DNA of 64,000 nt, from positions 310,001 to 374,000 of the forward strand of contig NW_027117341.1 in NCBI RefSeq assembly GCF_038025025.1, given 5' to 3'. This DNA comes from Phyllosticta citribraziliensis. Its lineage: Eukaryota. Positions 23,304-36,579 of the stretch are shown here, one piece after another (position 1 is the stretch's first letter; each line of letters opens with the position of its first letter). Under the pieces are notes generated by a model. That model searched no databases and was not told the origin of the DNA. It saw nothing but the letters and a program-made list of their open reading frames with translations. Position numbers and translations under genes: made by a program.

Positions 23304-23693
23304 ATAGGCTCAGATTCCGCTGCAGAGTAGTCAGACCCAATGGCACAGTTTGCGCAGCAGGCAGCATCCCACAAGCCGTGATGCCGTCAACAGCAAAAAG
23401 CAACAAACCAACTCACTCGTGTGGATCCAACAGTGACGATTCGGCAAAGCCAAGCGTCGTCCCGGCATGAGGTGACGACGAGATAAGGTACGGCGGGAGT
23501 ACTAGACAAACGGGGCACCCGCAAGAGTGGGGCAAGCGAGCGGGGGATAAGCTTAACTGGGCGAGCCGTGCCATGCCTTGCACCAACCACCAACACTCCC
23601 TGCATCATCCCATCAACTGCATCTCGCGCAGCCACAGCCGTCTGCCAATCCCCGCAACACCACCAATCCTAGCCCAGAATGAAAGAAAGAAAT

Positions 23694-25353
23694 ATGGCAG
23701 ACGACGATTGGGTGCTCGTCTCATCTCCTTCGACGCCAACAGCCCAACCAGATCCGAATACGACGCCCGACTACCTCGACGACATTAGCGCCTTCGTCGA
23801 TGACCTGGCAGACGCGCTGTGGCCCGTCAACAAGACGATCCACGACCACCCCGAGTTGGGGTTCAAGGAGAAGATTGCTGCAGAGGCGCTGACGTCGTTT
23901 CTCAAGACGCGCCCCGGATGGAGCGTCAAGTTGAATGTGTACGGGATGGAGACGGCGTGGGTGGCGGTTTGGGATTCGGGGAAGAAGGGAACAGTGGTGT
24001 CCTTTAATGCAGAGATGGGTGAATTGCCCTCTTTCTTTCCCTCCCATCTCGTGCTCTTCGACTCCTCTCTTCAGAAAGAGAACAGACTGATCAAAGAGAA
24101 CCCGATGTGAAGAGCAGCATCTGATACTGTGCACAGATGCTTTACCTGAAATCGGCCACGCCTGTGGCCACAACTTGATCGCAACGGCATCTGTATCAGG
24201 TGCTCTGGCTGCCGCCGCCGTGATGGAAAAGAACCAGCTCCCAGGAAAAGTAGTCCTCTTTGGAACGCCGGCGGAAGAAGGTGAGAGAAATCAGTCTAGC
24301 CCTGAGATGTCTCCGGTCCAGTCCCTTCTCCCCCAAAGCAAAGCGTTTGAGGACAATTTTTTCTTCCACAACGACATCACCCCCTCACTCTCCAGGAGAT
24401 TTCCCTCGATCTCATACTTCATACGCTAACAGCGCTCGCAGGCGGCGGCGGTAAAATCAAGCTGATCAAAGCCGGCGCGTACACCGACTACAAAGTCGAC
24501 TTCAACCTGATATCGCACCCCGGCATCACGCCCGACAGTGCACTCATGACAACGACAGCCTACACGCGTTTGAAAGTCGAATACTTCGGCCGCGAATCGC
24601 ACGCCGCCGCCAACCCCTGGCTGGGCGTAAGCACACCCCCCTCACGCGCCGTCCCCCTCCTCCCACAGCAGCACGTCTCCTACGCTCCGCACCACTGACT
24701 TACAGCCGCAGATCAACGCGCTCGACGCCCTCATCACAGCGTACAACGCGCTATCCGTGCTGCGGCAGCAGACGCAGCCCGCCGACATCATCCAAGGGCA
24801 CATCACATCAGGCGGACTCGCGCCCAACATAATCCACGCCTACGCAGCCGGCACCTTCGTAATCCGCGCCGCGTCCGCCGCGCGCCTGGCCGTCCTGCTG
24901 GCCAAAGTGAGAAACTGCTTCGCCGCCGGCGCAACGGCAACGGGCGCGCGCCTCGCCCTGACGCACCAAAACAGCTACGCCGACCACCGCCCCAACGCCG
25001 TGCTGGCATCGCTGTACCGCGCGCGCTTCAACGCGCTGGGCGGCGCCATCCCCGACCCCGGCGTCGACGCCGTGCAGGGCCATAGCAACGCCAGTACCGA
25101 TCAGGGCGACGTGTCGTACGCGCTGCCGTCGCTGAGCGCCGGGTTCTGGATCCGGCCCGGCGCGCAGGGCAATGGGCCGCATAGCCCGGATTTCGAGGGC
25201 GCGGTGGGGACGCGCGAGGCGTTTGCGTTGGCGCTGCGCGTGGGCAAGGCGTTGGCGGGGACGGCCGTGGGCGTGGTGTGTGGGGAGGGGGGCGGACGGG
25301 AGGCGGTTTGGAGGGAGTGGCGGAGGGATGTTTTGGGGGAGGAGGATGCGTAG
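23694..25353 (+). CDS. Peptidase M20D / amidohydrolase (PM20D2/AbgB-like)
   Basis: IHDHPELGFKE, SFNAEM|DALPEIGHACGHNLIA, GTPAEE|GGGGKIKL, SHAAANPWLG|INALDA and ASTDQGDVS across several GT-AG introns. Confidence 0.9.
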
Positions 25354-26061
25354 GAAGGTAATTGGCGTGTTCAGATTGGCCGACGCGCGACGGGCTTCGA
25401 GCGGACGAGAAGCTCCCTCCATGATCGACGAGCCTTCGACCATCTTGTAGCCACACCATCCAGCGGACCACCAGCACAAAAAGCACGCGCCGACCCTTTT
25501 AACACCTCCACAAAAGGCAGCAGTCATGTAGTCTAAAGGACATCACCGTTCTATCATTAAGTGATCCGACGGAAAAATGAATCTGACCACCTATATGCTT
25601 GCTTCCAGGCGCCACAGGCGTCCTCGGGTGCTGCTGCCGCTCAATGTTTGTTCAGTTGGGGGTATGATTTCTCGACATGGATGGGGGATGGAGAAGATGA
25701 CTATGACTTTTTGGTACAAACTGCAGCTCAACTCGACCAAAAAGAACAGCACACGAGAACGACCTGCCTGCCTGCATGCCCGCCTGCCACACCCGACGAC
25801 GCGACGCTGCGCCTTCTCTCACAGCCAGACCACCAACAAAGAAAAGGGGGGGAAATGTTCTAGTACGGACGATCAGAAGGAAAGGGAAAACTAGCCCGGG
25901 GGAAAATACGGGGTAGATTTACAACAGGGATGGGGGATAGATAACTAACAGCCAAAAACTCCTTCTGGTCGCTTTCATTGCTGCTCTTTAAAGTGTTGCT
26001 CGTGCATCGTGCCAGCCAGCGTCGCCGCTCCTTACCGCCGCGTTCCTCGCCCCAGCTTGCT

Positions 26062-27702
26062 TTACAGGAGGAGCTCGAGAGGGTTCTCGACAACCTTCTT
26101 CAGCTCCCTCATGAACTCGCCACCGACGGCGCCGTCGACGACCTTGTGGTCGAACGAGCCGGTCAGCACAATCTGGTCGTCCCACTCAACGGCAAGCTCG
26201 CCGTCCTCGTTCTCGACGGGCACAGCGACCTTCTTGGTGGTGCCGACGGCGAGGATGGCGGCCTGAGGCGGGTTGATGACAGCAGTGAAGCGCTCAACAG
26301 CGTCGTTCATGCCCATGTTGGAAATGGTAAAGGTGCCACCCTGGTACTCCTCGGGCTTGAGCTTGCCATCGCGAGCGCGCTTGCCGAGCTCCTTGATCTG
26401 GGAAGAGATGCTCTGGAGGCCAAGACCGTTGACGTTCTTGACAATGGGAGTGATGAGACCAACGGGGGTGGCGACGGCGACGGAAACGTCGACGTCGTTG
26501 TGCTGGCGGATGACAACCTGGCCATCCACCTCGCGCCAAGACGAATTGGCGGCGGGGACCTTGCGGGCGGCAATGGCAGCGGCCTTGACCAGAAAGTCGT
26601 TGACGGACAGCCTGTAGGCGCCGTTGGCCGAGGCGTTGAGAGAAGCGCGCAGCTTGAGGAGCTTGGAGACAGAGACCGAGGACGAGACGAAGAAGTGGGG
26701 GTTCTGCTGGACAGACTCCTTCAGGCGGTTGGCAATGGCCTTGCGCATGCTGGAGGCAGGAACGTCCTCGTAGGAAGCAGCAGCAGCGCCGGCAGCGGGG
26801 GCAGCGGCCTGGAACTTCTCAACGTCCTGGATGGTGACACGGCCGCCGGGGCCAGTGCCCTTGATCTGGGTAACGGGGACACCCTTCTCGAGAGCGGCCT
26901 TCTTGACGGCGGGAGAAAGAGTGGGCTCGCGCTCAAGGACAGTCTGCAGGCGACCGCCAGTCGATTCGGATTCCCTGGCAGCGGGAGCCTCCTCAGCAGC
27001 GGGCGCAGGCTTGGACTCGTCAGCCTTGGGAGCCTCCTCCTTGGGGGCCTCCTTGGCAGAAGACTTGTCGCCGCCGGCGTCTTCGACCGAGAAGTCGGCA
27101 AAAGCAGACACGTCGGCGCCCTCCTCAACCATGACGGCAATTGGCTGTTATCCGCGTCAGTCAACATTTCCGAGCTTTGACCAGGTGTTGCTTACGCTGC
27201 CAACAGCAATGTCCTTGGAGCCCGTCTCCTTGAGAATCCTGGCAAGAGTGCCGTCCTCCTGGAACTCAAAGTCCATCTGCGCCTTGTCGGTCTCGATTTC
27301 CACGAGGACGTCGCCGGGGGCGATGGAGTCGCCAGGCTTCTTTTGCCATGCGCCAATGTTTCCGGCCGTCATGGTCGGCGACAGGGCCGGCATGGTGACG
27401 ACGGTGTGGGGGGGGAAGCCTGTTGACAGTGGTGTCAGAATGGCTCAAGAGAGCAATTGGAGGGATTGGATAGTTATTCGACTGACTCTTGGAGGCATAG
27501 TAGCGGGCGAGGGCTGAGAGGGCTGGGGTCGACCGTCTGTGCACGCAAAGTCCAATGTCAGCATTAGATGGAAGAATTGGGAGGAGATGGTGGTCAAGAC
27601 GCACGAGAAGAGAGCCTGCGACCTGGAGAGAGCCTTGAGGCCGGTGGTGGCGCGCAGGCAAGACGGAGCGGAGCTGCGAGTGAGAAGTGCGGCGGGCGAC
27701 AT
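26062..27702 (-). CDS. LAT1: Pyruvate dehydrogenase E2, dihydrolipoamide acetyltransferase (mitochondrial)
   Basis: Presequence-like N-terminus, lipoyl domain MPALSPTM...[13 protein letters not shown]3-binding [10 protein letters not shown] and catalytic FDHKVVDGA. Several introns in the 5' part. Confidence 0.96.
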
Positions 27703-28520
27703 GGTGATGCTGAGGCCGAGGAGATGGCGGGGCGCCAACAGAAGACTTGTCTAGGGAGAGGCGAGACGAGCGAGCGGGCGGGCAGAGGGCGCGGCGACAA
27801 AGCCCTTGTGTCTGTGGTGGCCTCGGAGAAGGGTGGTGTCGAGGGAAAGGATGGAGCGGCGGAGAAGGTGGTGATGATTCTCGCAGTCCGACCCAACAGC
27901 TTTTCGTTGGCGTTCCGCACGGCAGCGGATTTCAGCGGCCTAGGGTTGGTTGGCTGCGGTAAATTACCGGGTAGATAGATTACCCCGGGGGACGAGGATG
28001 GGACCGGGCGGGGAGGTGCACTGGTAGAGAGGAAGCACTGCAATTGGGGCGAGAAGGAGAGGAACTGTTCAAAGAATAGTAATTGAACAATTTGTTGTCG
28101 TTGAGCCCAGCGGGAGCCGTTGATGCTGCTTGGCCCGAACAGGCCTGACGCATCCAAACTCACCAGTCCAGTCGCCTTAGTAAGCGGACCCTGGCAGTAA
28201 TCCCGTCAACGCGCGCACGCCGGCAAAACTCTCGGGCATTAGCTAAGCCGGGTAAGCGTAGGTACCGTACCAAGCCAGAAGCCAGCGCCAGGTTGCATCA
28301 GTGCCTGTGGGTTCCGCCGCTAGCTTCAGTCCAGTGCACGTATGCCGCTACCGTACGCATCGCTGCTGGGATACCAACGCTCAACCTACTCCACCACCAC
28401 CACAACTCTGCCGCCGCTCTCCTATGCTGTCCGCTCCCTCGAGGACGTCCCATCTCTGCCGCCGCGCTATGCTGTGAGCCCTGCACTTGCATCCACACTT
28501 TTGCGCCCCAATTGGACACC

Positions 28521-31500
28521 ATGGCTACCTCAGAACCTCAACCCCCAGTCCAAGACCCGCAGTTGGACGACCACGCCGACCTACCTTCTCCGCAGGCGGA
28601 AGAACTCCAAGACGACGCCCCCAGCCCAGAGCACCAATATGCAACCATCGGAGATGCTCCTGTACCTGCCCCTGAAGACGACGACACCGCAGATCAGCCT
28701 CCCGCTCCTGCCACCGCCGAACATGACACGAACGAACAAGCACACGACGACGACGACGACGCTGCACATTCAGACGAGCCCGCGCAACATGACGAGCCAC
28801 CACAGTCCGAACACTCAACAAGTCCTGGAACTCCAGCACCCCCTACCATATCCCTCCCCGAAGACCAAGAAACTCCTCACGACCAAGGCCAAGTCCCTCC
28901 GTCCGAACCCTCCGACAGCCAACCAAATCCGCCCTCACTTCGAGTCCGCACCGATTCCCAGTCCACCGCTGCCACAAACACAACCGCTAGAACCTCTACA
29001 AGGAGTTCCCTCGTTTTCGTCGTGACGGCGCTGGAAACCATTACCGCCTCGAAAGATGCGCGCAAGAACAAGAAACTGGCTGATTCTACACAAAAGGCTC
29101 TTTCAGCCATCAAGAGTGATGGAGACCCCGCGAGCATCGACCCCGAGGTGCTGTTTGAACCCCTGCAGCTTGCGACCGAAGCCAACACCGTCCAAGTCGT
29201 CACCTCTGCCTTGGACTGCATCGGAAAGCTCATCAGCTATTCATATTTTGCATATCCGGTAGAGGGGGTTCCAGGCGCACCCGAGCAGCCGCCCCTTATT
29301 GATCGCGCCATTGATACCATCTGCGACTGCTTTCAGATGGACGCCACTCACGTCGATGTCGAACTGCAAATCCTCAAATCGCTCCTCTCCGCAATCCTCA
29401 ATGACAAAATCGTCGTGCACGGTGCCGGTCTTTTGAAGGCTGTGCGACAGACGTACAATATATTTTTGCACTCAAAATCCAGCAACAACCAACAGGTCGC
29501 ACAGGGCGCCTTGACACAAATGGTCGGCACAGTCTTTGAGCGCGTCAAGGATCGATTGCGGATCAAAGAGGCCAGGCTCAATTTGTCCAAGACCTCGTTG
29601 AACAAGAATAGCTCAGGGGACATTGCGCCAGAATCTGGCGACCTGGGCGGAATCGACGCAAATGGAGACGGAGAGAATGAGGGCGAGGCAGACTCGACGG
29701 AAGGCCCGTCCGAGATGCCAGTGGAAAAAGATGGGACTGCAAAAATCACACTGCAAAGTTTCGAGAACCGCAAGAGTTTCGACGACGCGAGGATCCAAGA
29801 CAATGCGCCAACATTGGTCACGCGAGCAAATGCCCGACGCGCAACCTCGAGGTTGAGTACTGGTCGCTCCAACGAGCTGGCAGCGGATAGTGCGGACCCC
29901 TCCGAGGAAGAGGAAGAGGACGAAATCTACGTCAAGGACGCCTATCTAATTTTCCGTGCCATGTGCCGCCTCAGCACAAAGTCAGTCCCTGTAGAAGAGG
30001 CCCAAAACCCCCGGTCCCAGAGCATGCGATCGAAGCTCTTGTCGTTGCACATTATTCACACTATTCTCGTAAACCATGTCGCCGTCTTCATTTCTCCTTT
30101 TGCAACGATCCGGAGCAGCAACACTGCTGAGCCGACAACCTTTGTCCAGGCCATAAAGCAGTACCTCTGCCTGAGCTTGAGTCGAAACGGCGCCAGCTCG
30201 CTCAAGCAAGTCTTCGAAGTCAGCTGCGAGGTATTTTGGTGCATGCTGAAGCAGTTGCGCGTGATGCTCAAGAAGGAAATAGAGGTGTTTCTGAAGGAGA
30301 TTTACCTTGCTGTATTAGAAAAGCGCTCTGCGCCGGCATTCCAGAAGCAGTACATCATGGTCATACTAAACAGGATGGCCCAAGACCCGAGGACCTTGGT
30401 CGAGATATATCTCAATTACGACTGCGACAGGACAGCACTCGACAACCACTTTCAGAAGATTGTTGAGCATCTATCGAGGATATCGAGTACACCAGTCGTC
30501 GTCACCCCACAGCAGCAAATGGCGTATCAAGAAAAGCACGCCAAACAGGCACCAAGCCCCATAGAGTGGCAATCTCGCGGCACTCTGCCTCCTTCTCTCA
30601 CCACCGTCTCCATACCGCCAACAAACGAGGTCGACGAAGGCTTCCCGCCAGAATACTCCTTGAAGCAAGAATCACTAGAGGCATTGGTGGAGATTCTCCG
30701 GTCTTTGGTGAATTGGTCTCAGCAGAGCATCAACGACGCCAACGCGGCGATGCGTCAGAACGAATCGAGACCGTCATCCGATGAACTTCGCGAGTCCATG
30801 GACGTCAAAGCCGGAATCTCGTCCTCGCCCGCTGTCGACTCTCCGAACGCACCGAGCACACCTGTTCCCGAAGACGATCCCACTCAACTCGAAAAGGCAA
30901 AGCAGCGCAAGACGGCTTTGAATAATGCGATTCGACAATTCAACTACAAGCCTAAGCGCGGAATCAAGATTTTGCTCAAGGAAAAGTTTATCCCGTCAGA
31001 TTCTCCCGAGGACATTGCGAGGTTCTTCATAACCAATGAGCAAGTTGACAAGAAGGCTCTGGGCGAGTTTCTTGGCGAAGGTGATGACGAGAATGTCAAG
31101 ACGATGCACGCCTTTGTGGATCTCATGGACTTTACGAGAATGCGTTTTGTCGACGCCCTGCGCCGCTTCCTTCAAAGTTTCCGACTGCCTGGCGAAGCTC
31201 AAAAAATTGATCGTTTCATGCTTAAATTCGCTGAACGGTACATGACTGGCAATCCGAGCGCGTTCGCCAACGCCGACACTGCATACGTCTTGGCCTACTC
31301 GGTCATTATGCTCAACACAGACCAGCATAGCACCAAGATGAAGGGTCGCCGCATGACACCTGAAGATTTCATCAAGAACAACAGGGGAATCAACGACAAC
31401 GCCGACCTTCCGGACAAGTACCTCAAGGATATTTACGACGAGATTGCGAGCAACGAGATTGTCCTCGACACTGAACGAGAGTCTGCTGCCAACTTGGGTA

Positions 31501-34500
31501 TGGTCCAGCAGACCAACACGCAGGGGTTGACGGCCGGAATCGGCCAGGCCCTGGCAAATGTTGGACGCGACCTGCAAAGAGAAGCCTACGTGCAAGCCTC
31601 CGAGCAAATGGCAAACAGGACAGAGCAGCTCTACAAGAGTCTGCTGCGGGCTCAGCGGCGGGGACCGACTCGCTTCCCCATCTCCAAATTCATCCCTGCC
31701 ACGTCGGCCAAACACGTTGGGCCCATGTTCCAAGTGACGTGGATGCCATTCCTCACGGCACTTTCGGGCCAAGCACAAGATACGAACAACTTGGAACTCA
31801 TCAAGCTGTGCATGGAGGGTCAGAAGCTTGCCATTCGCGTCGCTTGTCTGTTTGATCTGGAAGACCCCCGGCAGGCTTTTGTTGCCTCTCTCTCTCGCTT
31901 CACCAACCTCTACAACCTCAGTGAGATGAAGGCTAAGAACATTGAGGCCCTCTACGCTTTGCTTGATGTTGCCCAGCACGAGGGCAACCTGTTGAAAGAG
32001 TCTTGGCGTGATATCCTTACCTGCATCAGCCAGTTGGATCGCTTCCAGCTCATCTCCGCCGGCGTTGAAGATGCTGCTGTGCCGGACCTCATGCGCAGCA
32101 GCTCGCAGTCATCCAAAATATCCAACTCGTCCAGAAAGTCTCTTCAAGTACCAAACCGGAACAGGACACGATCTTCCACGAACAATCTTTATCAAAGCGA
32201 GGCGGCTTTGGAAAGCAGGTCAGCGGACATGGTTCGCGCTGTTGATCGCATCTTTACTCACACAGCCAATCTCTCCGGCGAGGCCATTGTCCACTTTGTC
32301 AGGGCGCTCACCCAGGTCAGTTGGCAAGAGATTCAATCGTCTGGTCAAAGCGATTCCCCGCGCACCTACAGTCTTCAAAAGATTGTTGAAATTTCAGGAT
32401 ACAACATGACCCGTGTGCGTTTCGAGTGGACCAATATCTGGCAAATTTTGGGAGAGCACTTTAACCAAGTCGGATGCCATACCAACACCAACGTGGTCTT
32501 TTTTGCGCTCAACTCCCTCCGTCAGCTGTCGATGAAGTTTATGGAGATTGAAGAGCTTCCTGGTTTCAAGTTTCAAAAGGACTTCCTCAAGCCGTTTGAG
32601 CACATAATGAAGAATTCGAGTGTGGTCATGGTCAAGGACATGGTCTTGAGGTGTCTAATCCAGATGATTCAGGCTAGGGGAGAGAACATCCGAAGTGGTT
32701 GGCGCACCATGTTTGGCGTCTTCACTGTCGCTGCCAAGGAGCCATATGGTACGTCTCATCTTTGAAATTGCTGATCCCAGCTAACACCCCTTTAGAGGGC
32801 ATCGTCAACCTCGCCTTTGAGAACGTCAGCCAAGTATACAATAATCGCTTCGGTGTCGTCATCTCTCAGGGCGCCTTTGCGGACCTCATTGTTTGCTTGA
32901 CCGAGTTTTCAAAGAACCACAAGTTCCAACGCAAGTCCTTGCAGGCCATTGAGACGCTCAAGTCTAGTGTTCCCAAGATGCTGCGGACACCAGAGTGCCC
33001 CCTGTCAGACACTTCTGGGAAGCCAAAGGACGAACCCCAGGCGACTGGCATGCCAAAGCAACCGACGAGACAGACACAAGAGGAGCAATTTTGGTTCCCT
33101 GTGCTGTTTGCCTACCACGACGTCCTCATGACTGGGGAAGACCTCGAGGTCCGGTCACGGGCTTTAACTTACCTTTTCGAAACTCTCACTTCATACGGCG
33201 GGGCCTTCCCGCAGGAATTCTGGGATACCCTATGGCGCCAGATTCTCTACCCTATCTTCATGGTGCTCCGTTCCAAGTCGGAAATGACCACGGCACTCAA
33301 CCACGAGGAACTCACGGTGTGGCTGTCGACGACATTCATCCAAGCACTCCGTCACATGATAAACCTTTTTACGCACTTTTTTGATTCCCTTGAATATATG
33401 CTGGACCGATTTCTGGAATTACTGGGGCTTTGCATATGTCAGGAAAACGATACCCTGGCCAGGATTGGAAGCAATTGCTTGCAACAACTTGTCCACCAAA
33501 ACGTCACAAAATTTACCCCAGGCCACTGGGAAAAGATTGTCAGCGCCTTTGTTGACCTATTCCACCGGACGGAAGCCACATCTCTCTTCTCTGCGGCAAC
33601 TTCGTCAACATACATTTCTACGGCAAACGGATCCAAGACGCCGCGCTCAGCAGATGCGCAGAGTGTAACGGACCTCCAGTTGGAAAGACCAACAGACGAA
33701 GAGGGGGACGACATGGGTCCGAATTCGCTGGGAATCAATGGCCTGCACATCGGCCCCGAAGCTGGCATACAATCTGACTCGCACAAGAGCTCAAACGGTT
33801 CCGGCAACGCGGAGCTCGAAGACTACCGTCCCGACACATCCCTCCAACAAGCACCCGTCGTCGTAACGGCCGCCCGCCGGCGCTTCTTCAACCAAATCAT
33901 CACCAAATGCGTGCTCCAGCTCCTCATGATCGAGACGGTCAACGAGCTCTTCTCCAATGACGACGTCTACAACCAAATTCCCTCACCGCAACTCTTGCGG
34001 CTCATGATGCTCCTGAAAAAGTCGTACCAATTCGCCAAGCGCTTCAACGAAGACCGCGAGCTCCGCACGCGTCTATTCCGCGAGGGCTTCATGAAGCAGC
34101 CGCCCAACCTGCTCAAGCAGGAATCGGGTGCCGCTGCCGTCTACGTCTCGATCCTCTTCCGCATGTACCACGACACGTCGTCGGAGCGGCGTCTCAACCG
34201 CGCCAACACGGAAGCGGCGCTCATCCCACTGTGCGTCGACATCGTATCGTCCTACATCGCGCTGGACGAGGAGACGCAACAGCGCAACATCGTCACGTGG
34301 CGGCCGGTCGTCATCGACGTGCTCGAGGGCTACGCGACGTTCCCCACGGGCGACGACTTCGAGAAGCACGTGCCCGTCTTCGCGCCGCTGCTCGTCGGGC
34401 TCCTGAACCGCGAGATGGGGCTCGAGCTGCAGCGCAGCGTGCAGGGCCTGATGCAGCGCATCTTCGAGGCCAAGATCGGCATCCCGCCCGTCGAGCTGCC

Positions 34501-34600
34501 GCCTATTGGCAGCCCGGGCTTGGAGCGCCGCGGCAGCTCGTACAGCGTTGCGGCTGCCATGCGCAGGGGCAGCAAGATTGGCCGCAAGGAGTCGGCGTAG
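28521..34600 (+). CDS. SEC7: Large ARF guanine-nucleotide exchange factor Sec7/BIG
   Basis: DCB, HUS box (YLNYDCD), Sec7 domain FRLPGEAQKIDR and LAYSVIMLNTDQH, HDS domains. Intron 32749-32795. Confidence 0.97.
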
Positions 34601-34756
34601 TGTGAGGGAGTCAGTGGGCGGTTTGGTGGTGTGTTGGTGATGTGGCGACTGGGATGTTTTTGAGGGGGTTCTCTTTGTTGTTCGCGTGCTGCGCGCTCGC
34701 TGCTACTGCTGCTACGAGGTTAGATGGATGGACTGATGGATGGATGAAATGATACC

Positions 34757-34793
34757 GCATGGCATGGCATGGCATGGGCATGGGCATGGCATG
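34757..34793. repeat. (GCATG)n microsatellite
   Basis: gcatggcatggcatggcatgggcatgggcatggcatg directly visible. Confidence 0.8.
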
Positions 34794-35231
34794 GTTGATG
34801 ACGAGGCACACGGCAAAATAAATGTACGAAAGGGGACGGAAGAGACGGGCGGGTCTTGCCTACCTACTTACCAACTCGCCTGACTGTCTGCCTCACCCGC
34901 GGGTCAGTGAGCAGCAGGTAAGCAGATAGGTAGGCAAGTGCATGGTGCTGCTGTCGCTGCTGGATTGCTTGGATGGTTGGTTAGCTGTGGCGCGCGATAC
35001 CTCACCTCACTCCTCCTCCGACCTCTTTGTCGCGCTTCATCTTCATTTAATCGCTTTTCCTCTTTGTTTTCCCTTTTCCGTGGGAGGAATACTTTTTCAT
35101 GGTTTCCGCTTTTGAAATTCTTTTGGCTTGATGAAGGTCTTCTATTGTACAAATAGTTTGCTGTATTGTGTAGTATTGAATTTGTTGATGTCTGATGAGT
35201 GGTTGAGTGTGTGCGTGCTGTGTGTGTCGTG

Positions 35232-35302
35232 CAGTCAGTCAGTCAGTCAGTCAGTCGATCCCGTCATCGATCAATCGTCAGCCATGCCATGCCATGCCAT
35301 GC
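35232..35302. repeat. (CAGT)n and (GCCAT)n microsatellites
   Basis: cagtcagtcagtcagtcagtcagtc followed by gccatgccatgccatgccatgcc. Confidence 0.8.
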
Positions 35303-36093
35303 CTTGCCGTCCCGCCCCGCCGTCCTTCCTTACTTCTCCTCTGCTCTCCTCTCCTGATCCACCTGCTCAGCTCAAAAGGAACGAGGCAGCTGATGAAGGA
35401 CTTCCCAGTTGTCAGCGTCGTTGACGACATAGCTGCACAGCGGAGAATATTGCGCATGCGCAGTGTGCGTCTCTTTTCAGCGCGAGTGTTTGTGGCGTGG
35501 CGGCTGGGTTGAGCTGCCCCGGGCTGGGCCGCGTCCGTGGGGGTACGGTAGGTCAGATGTCTGGGCGTACACACACACCACCACAGCCTTTTCAGCTACG
35601 ACACCACCAGCCTGCCTGCCCGCCTGCGTGTCTATCTGATAAGGTAGAGGAGAAGGATTCGATTCGGTGCTGTGGATGGGCATTGGCTTGATTTTTTGTG
35701 CGATGGACGGCGGCGTTTTGATGCAGGGTGATCACAGACATGGCTGCACTGGGCTGGTAGCGTGGAGGGAGGAAGAAAGGGAGAGATGCGTGGTGCTGCA
35801 GCTTTGGAGATTACTGTAGTCTTTTTATCAGACGAGACGGGGAAAAGAAACGGGGAGATTGAAGTGGTAGATGGACAGGTGTGTGTATATAGGGGTCTCA
35901 CAAAGCGCTCGGTCTGGCGCAGACAAATTTCACCTCTGTCGCTTGACTGCCACTCACTTGGTCATTCATTCGCTTTGGGCGCATCGAGATTTCACATTCA
36001 TTGCATTTCCCAGCTCCTGTTGAGGTGAAGAGACCGTCCGTCACTTGTCCCATCTCTTCCACTTCTCGCGTCAGTCCAACCAGCTTGCCAACC

Positions 36094-36579
36094 ATGCCAC
36101 CCCTTCTCCTCCCCCGGCCCGCCTCAGTGCGGCCTTTCGACACAAACCCGCCTCCACCTCCATCCAACCCCTCAACCGACTCGTCCGGCGGCGGCGCCAA
36201 CTCGCCACCGCTTGCCACATACACATCCTACCACCACGCGCACGAAGCCACGGCCTTTGGCCGCGCTATGCGCGCCTGGACCACGCTCCCCCTGACGCTG
36301 TCGTTTTCGCCGGCGAGCAGCGTCGCGGACGCCGTTTGCCTCTACGCCGCGACGTTTGCGGTCGTCGTGGCGTTGTTTGCGCTGAGTCGCGCGTGCGTGG
36401 TGCGATTGAGGAGAGCCAAGAGGCGGAGGAGGGCGCAGCGCGCGGTGGCGATGTCGGCGTTGGCGCTGGAGAGAGGGAGGATGGGTGCGAGTGGGAGTGG
36501 TGGTGGGTGGGGCTGGTGGGGAGATGGGCAGGTTGAGAGGGAGAGAGGGAGAGGTGAGTACCTGCTGTACTTTTTCTGA
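36094..36579 (+). CDS. Hypothetical small membrane protein (one TM helix followed by a basic cluster)
   Basis: Pro-rich N-terminus, hydrophobic VCLYAATFAVVVALFAL, then RLRRAKRRRR. GC-rich codon usage, TATATA near 35886, possible donor GTGAGT at 36554. Confidence 0.42.
   Translation: MPPLLLPRPASVRPFDTNPPPPPSNPSTDSSGGGANSPPLATYTSYHHAHEATAFGRAMRAWTTLPLTLSFSPASSVADAVCLYAATFAVVVALFALSRACVVRLRRAKRRRRAQRAVAMSALALERGRMGASGSGGGWGWWGDGQVERERGRGEYLLYFF

Noticed and set aside
25978..27180. 400-aa plus-strand ORF
   Set aside because: Antisense shadow of the codon-biased LAT1 gene.
28293..28520. N-terminal extension of the SEC7 ORF from a TTG start
   Set aside because: Non-ATG start and leader-like sequence. 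The ATG at 28521 has good context (CACCATGG).
34757..35302. (GCATG)n and (GCCAT)n tracts forming an apparent inverted repeat
   Set aside because: Simple-sequence repeats common in these spacers, with no unique terminal sequence or TSD.
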